This document shows, piece by piece, positions 1 through 9,473 of a stretch of 32,000 bases of DNA. The stretch's first letter is position 1, and each line of letters begins with the position of its first letter. The DNA comes from Candidatus Kuenenia stuttgartensis (GTDB lineage: Bacteria > Planctomycetota > Brocadiia > Brocadiales > Brocadiaceae), in assembly GCF_900232105.1 (NCBI RefSeq), contig NZ_LT934425.1, positions 2,790,001 through 2,822,000 on the forward strand, given 5' to 3'. The notes beneath the pieces are model-generated. The model worked only from the letters and a program-made list of their open reading frames with translations. It had not been told where the DNA came from and made no database searches. The translations under genes were made by a program, and so were the position numbers.

Positions 1-1889
1 ATTACCGGCGGTTGTATGGGTTGTCATCTATGGAGGGTTTTTTCAAGGACGGCATTAATGATTATATCGTAAACGGGCATAAGATGGCCATAAATCCTGC
101 AAAAAAAGGCACCAAAGGAGCGGCACATTACCAGCGCACCATTTCATCAGGTAATGCAACAAGTATTCGTTTAAGATTCTCGGGACATGCCTTGTCCAGC
201 CCCTTTAAAAAATTTAACAAGATGTTTCAGCAAAGCATTGCGGAAGCGGATGAATTCTACGCGGACCTGCAGTCAGAAATCAAAGAGGAAGATGCAAGGA
301 ATGTGCAGCGCCAGGCATTTGCCGGCATGCTCTGGTCAAAACAATTTTATTATTTTGATGTGCGCAGATGGTTAACGGGAGACAGCGGGCAGCCCCCACC
401 GCCTCACGAACGGTTGGATGGACGCAATCATGAATGGGTTCATCTTCACAACGCAGACATTATTTCCATGCCTGATAAATGGGAATTCCCCTGGTATGCC
501 GCATGGGATCTGGCATTTCATTGTCTGCCACTGGTGTTGGTTGATCCGGAATTTGCCAAAGGGCAGCTTTTACTACTCACCCGCGAATGGTACATGCATC
601 CCAACGGACAATTGCCAGCCTACGAATGGGCCTTTAGCGATGTGAATCCCCCTGTCCATGCCTGGGCAACGTGGCGTGTCTATAAAATTGATAAAAAAAG
701 AAATAAGGGGAAAGGGGACATTGATTTCCTGTCACGGGTCTTCCATAAACTTTTGCTCAACTTTACCTGGTGGGTCAACATAAAGGATGAGCATGGTCAT
801 AACCTATTCCAGGGGGGCTTTCTGGGATTGGACAATATTGGCGTCTTTGACCGAAGTGCGGCATTGCCAACCGGTGGGCATATCGAACAAGCCGATGGAA
901 CGAGCTGGATGGCTATGTATTGTCTGAATCTCATGCACATTGCCCTTGAATTGTCAATATATAATCCCATCTATCAGGATCTGGCAATCAAGTTTTTCGA
1001 ACACTTCCTCTATATCGCCGCCGCAATGAAAAATCTTGGTAACATTGGCATTAATTTGTGGAATGAGGATGATAAATTTTTTTATGATGTTCTTCATTGC
1101 CCCATAGCAAATCATAGCAAGTGTGATGTCATGCAGTTAAAAGTGCGCTCTATGGTGGGATTAACTCCTCTTTTCGCAGTTGAGACCCTTGAGCCTCACC
1201 TTCTTGAACAGGTCCCGAAGTTTAAGAAGCGGCTCGATTGGTTTCTGGAAAACCGGCCCGACCTGGCAAGTCTGATTTCCCGCTGGACAGAACCCGGTGT
1301 TGGCGAGCGGCGGCTGCTTTCGCTGCTGCGGGGACACCGGATGAAACATCTGCTTAAGCGCATGTTGGATGAAAGTGAGTTTTTGTCTGATTACGGGGTT
1401 CGGGCATTATCCCGTTATCACCTGGAACACCCCTTTGTCTTACATTTTAACGGCAATACATTTTCAGTGTCTTATCAGCCTGCCGAGTCGGACTCAGGTT
1501 TGTTTGGCGGCAATTCCAACTGGCGGGGACCCATTTGGTTTCCCATGAATTTTTTGATTATCGAGTCACTGCAAAAATTCCATCACTATTATGGAGACGA
1601 TTTCAAGATTGAATGCCCGACGGGGTCAGGAAATTTTATGACCATCAATGATGTTGCCAATGAGCTGTCGCGGCGTCTGACCCGAATATTTTTGCAGAAT
1701 AAGGATGGGAATCGTCCTGTATTCGGCTACAGTGAAAAAATTCAAAAAGACCCGCATTTTCGAAATTACCTATTGTTTCATGAGTATTTTCACGGCGATA
1801 CCGGAAGGGGTGCTGGCGCTTCTCATCAAACCGGCTGGACCGGTTTGGTGGCAAAACTGCTGCAACCCAGGGACGTCGGACAACCTTGA
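1..1889 (+). CDS. Glycoside hydrolase of the MGH1/GH63-like glucosidase type; frame stays open to the window edge, so probably 5'-partial
   Basis: 625-aa ORF with (alpha/alpha)6-type motifs (EFPWYAAWDLAFHCLPL, GGFLGLDNIGVFDRS, WRGPIWFPMNFLIIESL). Frame is open upstream of the annotated Met (RLYGLSSMEGFFKDG). Confidence 0.75.
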   Translation, partial: YRRLYGLSSMEGFFKDGINDYIVNGHKMAINPAKKGTKGAAHYQRTISSGNATSIRLRFSGHALSSPFKKFNKMFQQSIAEADEFYADLQSEIKEEDARNVQRQAFAGMLWSKQFYYFDVRRWLTGDSGQPPPPHERLDGRNHEWVHLHNADIISMPDKWEFPWYAAWDLAFHCLPLVLVDPEFAKGQLLLLTREWYMHPNGQLPAYEWAFSDVNPPVHAWATWRVYKIDKKRNKGKGDIDFLSRVFHKLLLNFTWWVNIKDEHGHNLFQGGFLGLDNIGVFDRSAALPTGGHIEQADGTSWMAMYCLNLMHIALELSIYNPIYQDLAIKFFEHFLYIAAAMKNLGNIGINLWNEDDKFFYDVLHCPIANHSKCDVMQLKVRSMVGLTPLFAVETLEPHLLEQVPKFKKRLDWFLENRPDLASLISRWTEPGVGERRLLSLLRGHRMKHLLKRMLDESEFLSDYGVRALSRYHLEHPFVLHFNGNTFSVSYQPAESDSGLFGGNSNWRGPIWFPMNFLIIESLQKFHHYYGDDFKIECPTGSGNFMTINDVANELSRRLTRIFLQNKDGNRPVFGYSEKIQKDPHFRNYLLFHEYFHGDTGRGAGASHQTGWTGLVAKLLQPRDVGQP

Positions 1890-1924
1890 TTCTATAGGAA
1901 TCAAAAGAAAGGCAGAGGGATTCA

Positions 1925-3031
1925 ATGAAAGCCATTGCAGTTGTACCGGGTCGGCCAGATTCATTGCATATACGGGAGATACCCAAACCAATGGTGACTG
2001 ATGTCCCTGATGGAAGAGGTGTTCTGGTAAAGGTGCTGAGAGTGGGCGTTGACGGGACAGATAAAGAAATTAATGCCGCAGAGTATGGTACTGCGCCACC
2101 CGGAGATGATTTTCTCATTATTGGTCATGAGTCTTTTGGCATTGTCGAAGATGTGGGCTCTCATGTGAGTGGTCTGAAGGCCGGTGATTATGTTGTGGCA
2201 ACGGTCAGACGTCCTGGAACTTCCCTATATGATAAAATCGGGACGTACGACATGACTACAGACGATGTCTATTATGAACGGGGAATCAATCTGAGACATG
2301 GGTATATGACTGAGTATTATGTGGATGAACCGGAATATATCGTTAAAGTTCCACCGGGGTTAAAAGAGGTAGGCGTACTTCTGGAACCTACCAGTGTGAT
2401 CGAAAAGGGGATAGCTCAGGCGTATGAAATCCAGCGACGGTTAAGGGTGTGGCGTCCCAAGCGGGCCGCTGTGCTCGGTGCCGGTACTATCGGATTGCAG
2501 GCAACTCTGGCGCTGCGTCTTCGCGGATTGCAGGTTTGTGCTTTCGGACGGACCAAACCACCTTACTTAAACTCTCAGCTTTTGAATCAAATAGGTGCAT
2601 GCTATCATAGTCTTCAGGATGTTACTTTAACGGAATCTTTCGGAGATCATGGCCCTTTTGATCTCATTCTCGAAGCGACGGGCTATTCACCGCTTGTATT
2701 TGAAGCGATGAACATCCTGGGGAAGAATGGTGTTCTTGTTCTTTCCAGTGTGACAGGCGGCGGGAGATCTGTTGAGATACCATCTGATAAAATTAACATG
2801 GGATTTGTTCTGGGCAATAAGGTTGTTGTTGGTACAGTGAATGCAAATCGGGAGTATTTTGAATTAGGTGTTAAAGACTTTTCTCTGGCTGAAATGCAAT
2901 GGCCTGGATGGCTGTCGAAATTGTTAACCCATCAGATCGGAGGTCTTGAAAACTATCAGGATATTATCCCCATTCTAACGAAGGCGAAAAATGTGATTAA
3001 GGTTTTTGTTCAAGTTGCAGACACGCAATAG
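1925..3031 (+). CDS. Zinc-dependent alcohol/glucose 1-dehydrogenase family (MDR superfamily)
   Basis: [32 protein letters not shown] and Rossmann [20 protein letters not shown]. Overall layout resembles archaeal-type glucose dehydrogenases. Confidence 0.85.
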   Translation: MKAIAVVPGRPDSLHIREIPKPMVTDVPDGRGVLVKVLRVGVDGTDKEINAAEYGTAPPGDDFLIIGHESFGIVEDVGSHVSGLKAGDYVVATVRRPGTSLYDKIGTYDMTTDDVYYERGINLRHGYMTEYYVDEPEYIVKVPPGLKEVGVLLEPTSVIEKGIAQAYEIQRRLRVWRPKRAAVLGAGTIGLQATLALRLRGLQVCAFGRTKPPYLNSQLLNQIGACYHSLQDVTLTESFGDHGPFDLILEATGYSPLVFEAMNILGKNGVLVLSSVTGGGRSVEIPSDKINMGFVLGNKVVVGTVNANREYFELGVKDFSLAEMQWPGWLSKLLTHQIGGLENYQDIIPILTKAKNVIKVFVQVADTQ

Positions 3032-3366
3032 TTTAATTTTCTGGCTATCGCCCATAATATGCCTCTTCAGTAATAGGGCCGCAATTTTGATATGCGTTTG
3101 TTTCTAAGACTTTAGCTTTTTGAAAATTATGTTTCGGTTTAGTTTTGGGTGGCACGGACAAACACAGCTTGTCTGTGCCACCCATGTTGAGCGATAATAG
3201 ATGCATCAATTTCCAAAAATCTAAAGTGTTACTAAAATTTTTATTTTGTTGGAATAAATCATGATTATTGCTTGTCATTAAAAGCGTAAGAACAAAATTA
3301 TTTTACAGATACTTTATTAAAAAGCAGGGAGTGGATATGGCCCAAAGCCACTCATAAGTCGATTGG

Positions 3367-3632
3367 GTGATGAGTGAGGAGGAAGGACTCAGGCAGGCCA
3401 AAGCAAGTAGTAAGATAGCGATGATTGATTTTTATGCGTCGTGGTGCGCAGCCTGTATGGAGTTGTTGGTTTGCCTACTATCGTGTTTGTTAATAAGGAC
3501 GGAACTGTGGTCAAAGATAAAACTATTGCCGGTTTTGTCAATTCTAAGGAATTTCTGAGTATCATAAAAAGCCTGGAGTGGCGTAAAATAAAGCGCCATG
3601 CAAATTATTTTATAGCGCCAGGTACTGAATAA
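3367..3632 (+). pseudogene. Remnant of a thioredoxin-like (DsbD C-terminal type) domain with internal deletion and frameshift
   Basis: IAMIDFYASWCAACMEL in one frame and YGVVGLPTIVFVNKDGTVVKDKTIAGFVNSKEFL in another. The intervening ~30 aa of the fold is missing. Confidence 0.75.
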
Positions 3633-3652
3633 CGCGCTATATCAAGAGTGTT

Positions 3653-4999
3653 ATGGAAGCAAAAATGAAGATAAAGAAAACAATAATAATTTTTATGCCC
3701 ATAGTCTTAATCCTTATTGTGCTGGCTGGAGGAGGTATCTGGTTTAAAAGGAAATATGCCACCTCGGTTAATATGGATATTCATCTCAAAGAATATTCTC
3801 AATTTGAATATCCCGAAGATCCTGCAAATCGCAGTGTTCATTATGCGCAGTATTCAAACAGGAATTTGAAAATTGTGAAAAAAGATAAAACCCATTTCGA
3901 TCTGATTTTGGAACCAACAAATGATCATACGGCAAAAGTTGTATTTAATGATATTGACGCAGGTCTTTTTGTAACAGGCCTGCCGGAATGGACAAAAAAG
4001 GATAAAGATTTAGAGATTATTGCCCTGACCGATAGGGAATGGAACAGGCAGCAGGTAAGTTTTGAGCCAGATTCAAAACACATTGAAATTACCGGTGGTG
4101 ATGGATTTGAAAAAAGCAATTTGCATTCAGCCGCAATTGCTAAGAATTGTTTAAATGCCGGTCTTTGGGAAATTTTATTGTTTACGAAAGAAAAAGAGGA
4201 AAAGGCCTTATATTATCAAGGATGGTTTACGTTCCCCCTTGGACACTATAAAGCTGTATTTGAGGAAATCACCGGCCTGTCGTATTGGGAGCACTGGCGA
4301 AGATTGGAACATTGGGTAGACCCTGCTGGCGCCTCTATCAATTTAAAAGCCCTCAGAAAAGTTTTAAATGAGAGAGAGGTACAGGCTGAATTCCTGGCAC
4401 AAGAGCGTATTTTTGCATCGGGTGAACAGGTAAGAAAGCTCAGAACTACAAATGTGCAGAACGTTATCACCTGGAAGGATTTTTGTGGTAGTTCGGTTGA
4501 ATTTGCGACCTTTGCCCCGCCAGGCAGGTACTATGTTGAAAAACCCTGGAAGAATGAGTATTGGAGGATTGCAGAGTTCAAAAAAGCGATACTAAGGGAC
4601 ATTCAATCACCAGCATCGGAAGAAGTCTTACAGGAAATAGAGCTGGTTTTTAAAGATTCCAAAACTGGCGAAGAGAATAGATTTTTTGTCAGCGGATTCA
4701 AGCTGAACCAACTTCCTCAGCTTCCTGTTGAACATTACCCACAGGGGTTATACATGCCCATGGGAATCGGGGTTCCGCCTTTCTTCTTAAGCTATCAAGA
4801 CCTGGAACGGAATCCACCCGATAAGAGCCCTTATTTCAGTGTACTTCTGGATTCAAATGACACATGGATTAATCACCACGAGGTGGCTATCGACGGGCCG
4901 GTTCTTCACAGAGATATTAATAATCCGAATGTAATCCATGTTTATTTGCTTTCTTACGAACGCCATAGTCTGGTCGGTCATTACCTTCTGAAGATTTAA
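3653..4999 (+). CDS. Hypothetical membrane-anchored protein (single N-terminal TM helix)
   Basis: 448-aa ORF; N-terminal helix TIIIFMPIVLILIVLAGGGIWF; no family recognised. Confidence 0.8.
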   Translation: MEAKMKIKKTIIIFMPIVLILIVLAGGGIWFKRKYATSVNMDIHLKEYSQFEYPEDPANRSVHYAQYSNRNLKIVKKDKTHFDLILEPTNDHTAKVVFNDIDAGLFVTGLPEWTKKDKDLEIIALTDREWNRQQVSFEPDSKHIEITGGDGFEKSNLHSAAIAKNCLNAGLWEILLFTKEKEEKALYYQGWFTFPLGHYKAVFEEITGLSYWEHWRRLEHWVDPAGASINLKALRKVLNEREVQAEFLAQERIFASGEQVRKLRTTNVQNVITWKDFCGSSVEFATFAPPGRYYVEKPWKNEYWRIAEFKKAILRDIQSPASEEVLQEIELVFKDSKTGEENRFFVSGFKLNQLPQLPVEHYPQGLYMPMGIGVPPFFLSYQDLERNPPDKSPYFSVLLDSNDTWINHHEVAIDGPVLHRDINNPNVIHVYLLSYERHSLVGHYLLKI

Positions 5000-5080
5000 C
5001 TTTTTGAAAATATGTTGCAGTTTAGTTTTGGGTGGCACGGACAAGCTGTGCTTGTCCGTGATCGCGCGCAAATAGGTTTA

Positions 5081-5112
5081 GTGTAGAGACGCAAAATCTT
5101 GCGTCTCTACAC
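5081..5112. repeat. Perfect palindrome GTGTAGAGACGCAA-AATC-TTGCGTCTCTACAC
   Basis: 14-bp perfect inverted repeat with 4-nt loop, read directly. Confidence 0.95.
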
Positions 5113-5261
5113 CCCACATGGACAAACAGAGTTTATCCGGCCACCCATGTTGAGCGATAATATCTGCATCAATTTCCAAATATCTAAAGTGTTACAAAGG
5201 AAGAAATAATACTTATGGATGCCTGTCCGTTGCAATTTGTTGAAAATAAGGGAGCGTTAGC

Positions 5262-5714
5262 ATGAAGAGGACACTTTTCATTATCTTATTATTCACTATA
5301 GCTATTATATTTGTCGGATATTATGCATTAAAGGCAAATATACAAAACAAGAAATTTGCTATCATTCTTCAAGCAGGTAAAGAGACTCACGAAGGAATGG
5401 TTCGTGCTACGCATGCTTTACTATATGCCACAGAATTAAAAGGGAAGGGCTATGAGGTAGTTTTGATTTTCGACGGTGCAGGAACGGTGTGGGCAGAAGA
5501 GGTGTCAAATCCTGATTCACAAAGCAAACTCTTACCAATGTATAATGCTATAAAAAAGGCGGGAATTCATGAGATTGTATGTGATTTTTGCGCTCATGCT
5601 TTTGGGGTAAAGGAAGAGCTCCAGACCCGACAATGCCCCCTCCTATCGGAATATAATGGCCATCCGAGTATTGAAAAATTGGCGGGAAAAGGCTATCAAC
5701 TTATTGTGTTGTGA
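5262..5714 (+). CDS. DsrE/DsrF-like family protein with N-terminal TM/signal anchor
   Basis: KFAIILQAGKETHEGMVRATHALLYATELKGKGYEVVLIFDGAGTVW ... IVCDFCAHAFG: DsrE-like fold motifs. Confidence 0.8.
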   Translation: MKRTLFIILLFTIAIIFVGYYALKANIQNKKFAIILQAGKETHEGMVRATHALLYATELKGKGYEVVLIFDGAGTVWAEEVSNPDSQSKLLPMYNAIKKAGIHEIVCDFCAHAFGVKEELQTRQCPLLSEYNGHPSIEKLAGKGYQLIVL

Positions 5715-5770
5715 AGTAATAAATAATTAAAAAGAGTCCCAATAACCTGATTCAGAAAGGAGAGATTTTA

Positions 5771-6442
5771 ATGAAAGTACTTGGGATCAGTGGCAGTCCG
5801 AGAGCTGGTAAAACAACAGAGAGCCTGGTGATGGCCATTTTGGATGCAACTGGCTTAGAAACGGAATTCATATCCTTACACGGCAAGAAAATTAACGGTT
5901 GTATATGCTGTTTAGGTTGCGTGGAAGACAACCTCTGTAAAGTACAGGATGATTATCTCCCAATCATGCACAAAGTTATGGAGGCAGATGCGATTATTAT
6001 CGGTGCTGCAAATTATTTTGGCAGACTGAATGCCCTTACGCACGCCCTTCTTGAACGATTTTACTGCTTTAGACACGATAGTAACGGACACGGCGGCATG
6101 AAACTCTCCGGTAAATTGGGTGCAATTGCCTCTGTGGGCGGTGGTGGAAACTGGAAGATGCCGGGGAAGGATATTAAAATGAGCGAGGTTGCAGGAGATG
6201 ATATTAAAGGCTTTTTTGCATACAATGAGATTGAACTTGTTGGCGCTGTAAAGGCACAGGGGCCTGTGGCATGTTTTACCTGTGGATACGGAGAAACTTG
6301 CAACGTAAGCGGCATAAAGAAATTCTTTGGTAAGGATACCAAAATCACCCCGGACATTATACCATGTTTAGAAAAGCAGCCCGAAGTCATAGAGAAGGCA
6401 AGGGCACTTGGAAAGGCATTGGGAGAAAGATTGAAAAAATAA
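5771..6442 (+). CDS. NADPH-dependent FMN reductase / iron-sulfur flavoprotein family
   Basis: MKVLGISGSPRAGKTTESLVMAILDATG (flavodoxin-like P-loop) and Cys cluster CICCLGCVEDNLC. Confidence 0.85.
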   Translation: MKVLGISGSPRAGKTTESLVMAILDATGLETEFISLHGKKINGCICCLGCVEDNLCKVQDDYLPIMHKVMEADAIIIGAANYFGRLNALTHALLERFYCFRHDSNGHGGMKLSGKLGAIASVGGGGNWKMPGKDIKMSEVAGDDIKGFFAYNEIELVGAVKAQGPVACFTCGYGETCNVSGIKKFFGKDTKITPDIIPCLEKQPEVIEKARALGKALGERLKK

Positions 6443-6443
6443 A

Positions 6444-6670
6444 ATGGAACATAATGTAATTTTACAATCGGTAATTACCTGTCCAAATTGTGGACATCAG
6501 AAAAAGGAAACAATGCCTACTGATGCCTGTCAATATTTCTACGAATGTGAAATTGCAAATCAAGATTAAAACCCAAAAAAGGGCATTGTTGCGTGTTCTG
6601 TTCTTATGGAACAGTTCAATGTCCATCAATACAAATACAACAAAAAAGAGGCCACAGTCCTCTACGTTGA
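6444..6670 (+). pseudogene. GDCCxC-type zinc-ribbon-like small protein interrupted by a single-nt frameshift
   Basis: MEHNVILQSVITCPNCGHQKKETMPTDACQYFYECE then, after a 1-nt shift, NCK(S)RLKPKKGHCCVFCSYGTVQCPSIQ. Adding one A at gaa-attgc restores one frame. Confidence 0.8.
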
Positions 6671-6745
6671 TGTCAACGACTTTGAGGAGCAAAGGGATGC
6701 CTTTGATGCCGCGTGGGAGCTTGGAGTAAGGAATGAGAGGCAAAT

Positions 6746-6883
6746 GTAGGGTGGATGAAGCGAAGCGCATCCACCATTTCTCAGGAAGGCGGGAAATGAC
6801 AGGAAAATTACCGCTTTTCTGTGTTCCTGATATTAAATCTGGTGGATACGGCGTGAAAAGGCGCACGCCTTTATCCACCCTAC
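6746..6883. mobile_element. REP/MITE-like element, copy 1 (138 bp)
   Basis: Starts GTAGGGTGGATGAAG, ends CTTTATCCACCCTAC (terminal inverted repeats), with internal gcgaagcgcatccacc. Confidence 0.75.
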
Positions 6884-7024
6884 CCAAAACAAAAATAATG
6901 TCCATCAATACAAATACAACAAAAAAGAGACCACAGTCCTCTACGTTGATGTCAACGACTTTGAGGAGCAAAGGGATGCCTTTGATGCCGCGTGGGGGCC
7001 TGGAGAAAGGAATGAGAGGCAAAT

Positions 7025-7162
7025 GTAGGGTGGATGAAGCGAAGCGCATCCACCATTTCTCAGGAAGGCAGGAAATGACAGGAAAATTCCCGCTTTTCTG
7101 TGTTCCTGATATTAAATCTGGTGGATACGGCGTGAAAAGGCGCACGCCTTTATCCACCCTAC
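7025..7162. mobile_element. REP/MITE-like element, copy 2 (138 bp)
   Basis: Same termini as 6746..6883. Confidence 0.75.
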
Positions 7163-7187
7163 CCAAAACAAAAATAAGGGAATATCC

Positions 7188-7637
7188 ATGAGCGAATATC
7201 GCCGGCTCTATCGTGAACAAGGCTGGTATTTCTTTACGATTGTGACATACAATCGACAAAAAATTCTTACCCATCCTGATAACGTTACCAGATTACGACG
7301 TTCGTTCCAATATGCGATGAATAAACACACCTTTTTTATCGATGCTATTGTTGTTCTTCCTGATCATATTCACTGTATCTGGAGGTTGCCTCATGACGAT
7401 GATGATTTCTCAACACGATGGAGATTGGTTAAATGGCATTTTTCTTTGGGCATGGATACCCTCTTGACCGAAAGAGGTGAGAAGAAGGTATGGCAAAGGA
7501 GATTTTGGGAACATTTGTTGAGGAATGAAAAAGATTGGCGCTATGGGTCATTTCATGATGCTGTAAAGAGGGGATTCTATACCATAGATTGGGGTTCGCA
7601 AGAACCTGATTCCATAAAGGAAATGGATTTAGAGTAG
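7188..7637 (+). pseudogene. REP-associated tyrosine transposase (RAYT, IS200/IS605-like Y1_Tnp), internally deleted
   Basis: REQGWYFFTIVTYNRQKIL, HUH motif in VVLPDHIHCIWRLP, RRFWEHLLRNEKDW, then directly RYGSFHDAVKRGFY. The expected YxxxNPVKHG segment is missing. Confidence 0.8.
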
Positions 7638-7663
7638 GATGGATGAAGCGAAGCGCATCCACC
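7634..7663. repeat. REP unit GTAGGATGGATGAAGCGAAGCGCATCCACC immediately 3' of the RAYT gene
   Basis: Matches the outer 30 bp of the 138-bp elements at 6746 and 7025. Confidence 0.85.
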
Positions 7664-7752
7664 ATAGTTTATCTCTGCCTAATCCCCTTCATACATAGTT
7701 GTTTTTTCAGAAAACTAAATTGCTATGAAATTTTTTATAGAGAGGCTGGATA

Positions 7753-8283
7753 ATGGCACGGATTTTGGCTAGAGAAAAAGAAGAAACGTCGATGGACGTA
7801 CAGGAGGTTTTTGCAGAAATTGAAGGTGCTTTTGGCATGGTTCCAAATTTGTTTAAGACCTACTCGCATTTTCCACCTTTATTGAAAGCCAACTGGAACA
7901 AGGTAAAGGCGGTAATGATGCAAGGGGGTTTGAGTAGAAAAACAAAGGAAGCTATTGCCCTTCTGGTTTCAAAGGACAATAGCTGCGCATATTGTGTGGC
8001 TGCTCACACGGCTGCCCTCAAATCCATCGGTGTGACGGAAAAAGAAATTAACATAATTGAGAGTGAGATTGAGAAATCAAAATTTACAGAGAAGGAACGA
8101 GAAATCATAACCTTTGTCAGGAAGGCGAACAAAGACCCAAATAAGATAACTGATGAAGAATTTGAAGAGCTAAGGAAGAGGGGCGCTAGTGATTCGGAAA
8201 TTGTTGAGGCACTTGGTGTAATGGAACTCTTTACAGCATTTAATAAATTCCTCGATTCTCTTAACGTGGAGATAGATTTCTGA
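7753..8283 (+). CDS. Carboxymuconolactone decarboxylase / AhpD-like peroxidase-related protein
   Basis: KEAIALLVSKDNSCAYCVAAHTAALKSIG (CxxC...H) motif. Confidence 0.85.
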   Translation: MARILAREKEETSMDVQEVFAEIEGAFGMVPNLFKTYSHFPPLLKANWNKVKAVMMQGGLSRKTKEAIALLVSKDNSCAYCVAAHTAALKSIGVTEKEINIIESEIEKSKFTEKEREIITFVRKANKDPNKITDEEFEELRKRGASDSEIVEALGVMELFTAFNKFLDSLNVEIDF

Positions 8284-9413
8284 TGGCAATCTTAATAATC
8301 CTTTTTCTTGCTACTTGTTTTCTCTCATATTCAAATGGCGCTAATGACAACTTTAAAGGGGTAGCTACGCTCTTTGGAAGTAAGACCACGAATTATAAAT
8401 ACGCAATCTGGTGGGCAACTATTACAACATTTGCAGGTTCGCTGGCTTCCCTATTTTTTGCATACGGTCTTGTGAAGACCTTTTCTGGTAAAGGCTTGGT
8501 TCCCCAAAGCATATCCTCTGCTCCTGAATTCCTCACAGCAGTGGCGATTGGCGCTGCCATTACCGTTATGGTTGCAACGATTACAGGGTTTCCAATCTCA
8601 ACCACTCATAGCCTGACAGGCGCCCTGGTCGGCGCTGGTTTTGTAGCCGTGGGTTCACAGGTTAATTTTGCCGTTCTGGGCAGCGCCTTTTTCATGCCGC
8701 TTTTACTCAGTCCTGTTATTGCCACCGCTCTTGGCAGCGGTCTTTATATTATTTTTCGGAATATGCGTATCCGTTCCGGCATAACTAAGGAATGGTGCCT
8801 TTGTGTTGGTGAACAGAGAAAAGCAATTCCATCATGTACGCCCACTCCCGCTCTGAGTGTAAAATACGGTAACACTATCAGTGCTGCAATTGACACCGAA
8901 GAAAACTGTCAGGAAATTTACCATGGACGTTTTCTGGGTATAAATAGCCAGAAATTGCTGGATGCTTTGCATTTTTTCTCTGCCGGGGTTGTCAGCTTTG
9001 CGCGGGGTCTTAATGATACGCCAAAGATTGTGGCGCTCTTATTATTGGTTAAAGGTTTGTCGATACACTGGGGCATGCTGGCTGTTGCTGTTGGAATGGC
9101 TGCCGGCGGGCTTTTGAATGCAAGAAAAGTGGCTGAAACCATGAGTAATAAAATCACAAAATTAAACCACGGTCAGGGCTTTACAGCAAACCTTGCCACC
9201 AGTATTCTTGTAATATTTGCCACTAAGCTTGGGATGCCGGTATCTACAACACACGTATCCGTAGGCTCTCTTTTTGGCATAGGGTTAATTACAAGGCGTG
9301 CCAACATTCGCAAAGCGCTGGAAATACTTTTATCATGGTTCATAACCTTGCCTGTTGCCGCAGTATTTAGCGGCGGCACGTATTGGATATTAGGAAACTG
9401 GTTATTCAATTAA
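8283..9413 (+). CDS. Inorganic phosphate transporter, PiT family
   Basis: SNGANDNFKGVATLFGS and PVSTTHVSVGSLFGIG / PISTTHSLTGALVGAG duplicated PiT signatures. Stop/start overlap TGATG with the upstream gene. Confidence 0.9.
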   Translation: MAILIILFLATCFLSYSNGANDNFKGVATLFGSKTTNYKYAIWWATITTFAGSLASLFFAYGLVKTFSGKGLVPQSISSAPEFLTAVAIGAAITVMVATITGFPISTTHSLTGALVGAGFVAVGSQVNFAVLGSAFFMPLLLSPVIATALGSGLYIIFRNMRIRSGITKEWCLCVGEQRKAIPSCTPTPALSVKYGNTISAAIDTEENCQEIYHGRFLGINSQKLLDALHFFSAGVVSFARGLNDTPKIVALLLLVKGLSIHWGMLAVAVGMAAGGLLNARKVAETMSNKITKLNHGQGFTANLATSILVIFATKLGMPVSTTHVSVGSLFGIGLITRRANIRKALEILLSWFITLPVAAVFSGGTYWILGNWLFN

Positions 9414-9473
9414 TTCTTCGGAAGCGAACTTTCAAGGCTGAAACCTTGAATCATTGTAATAATTTTTAACAGA

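Larger units (their letters stand above)
6620..7177. repeat. Tandem duplication, 2 x 279 bp
   Basis: Copy 1 6620..6898, copy 2 6899..7177 (tgtccatcaatacaaatac ... cccaaaacaaaaataa), near identical. Confidence 0.95.

Noticed and set aside
3045-3278. 77-aa ORF sharing LSVPPKTK.. with the 4853..5071 ORF
   Set aside because: Similarity comes from the shared intergenic hairpin repeat, not from a protein family.
6462-7274. Internally repetitive minus-strand 270-aa ORF (and plus-strand ORFs 6490..6729, 6733..7191)
   Set aside because: The protein-level repeat is a by-product of the 279-bp DNA tandem duplication carrying REP elements; no recognisable domain, RBS or codon signal.
7753-9413. AhpD-like gene overlapping the PiT transporter as a novel operon
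   Set aside because: Overlap TGATG indicates coupling, but both families are common and I see no specific functional link.
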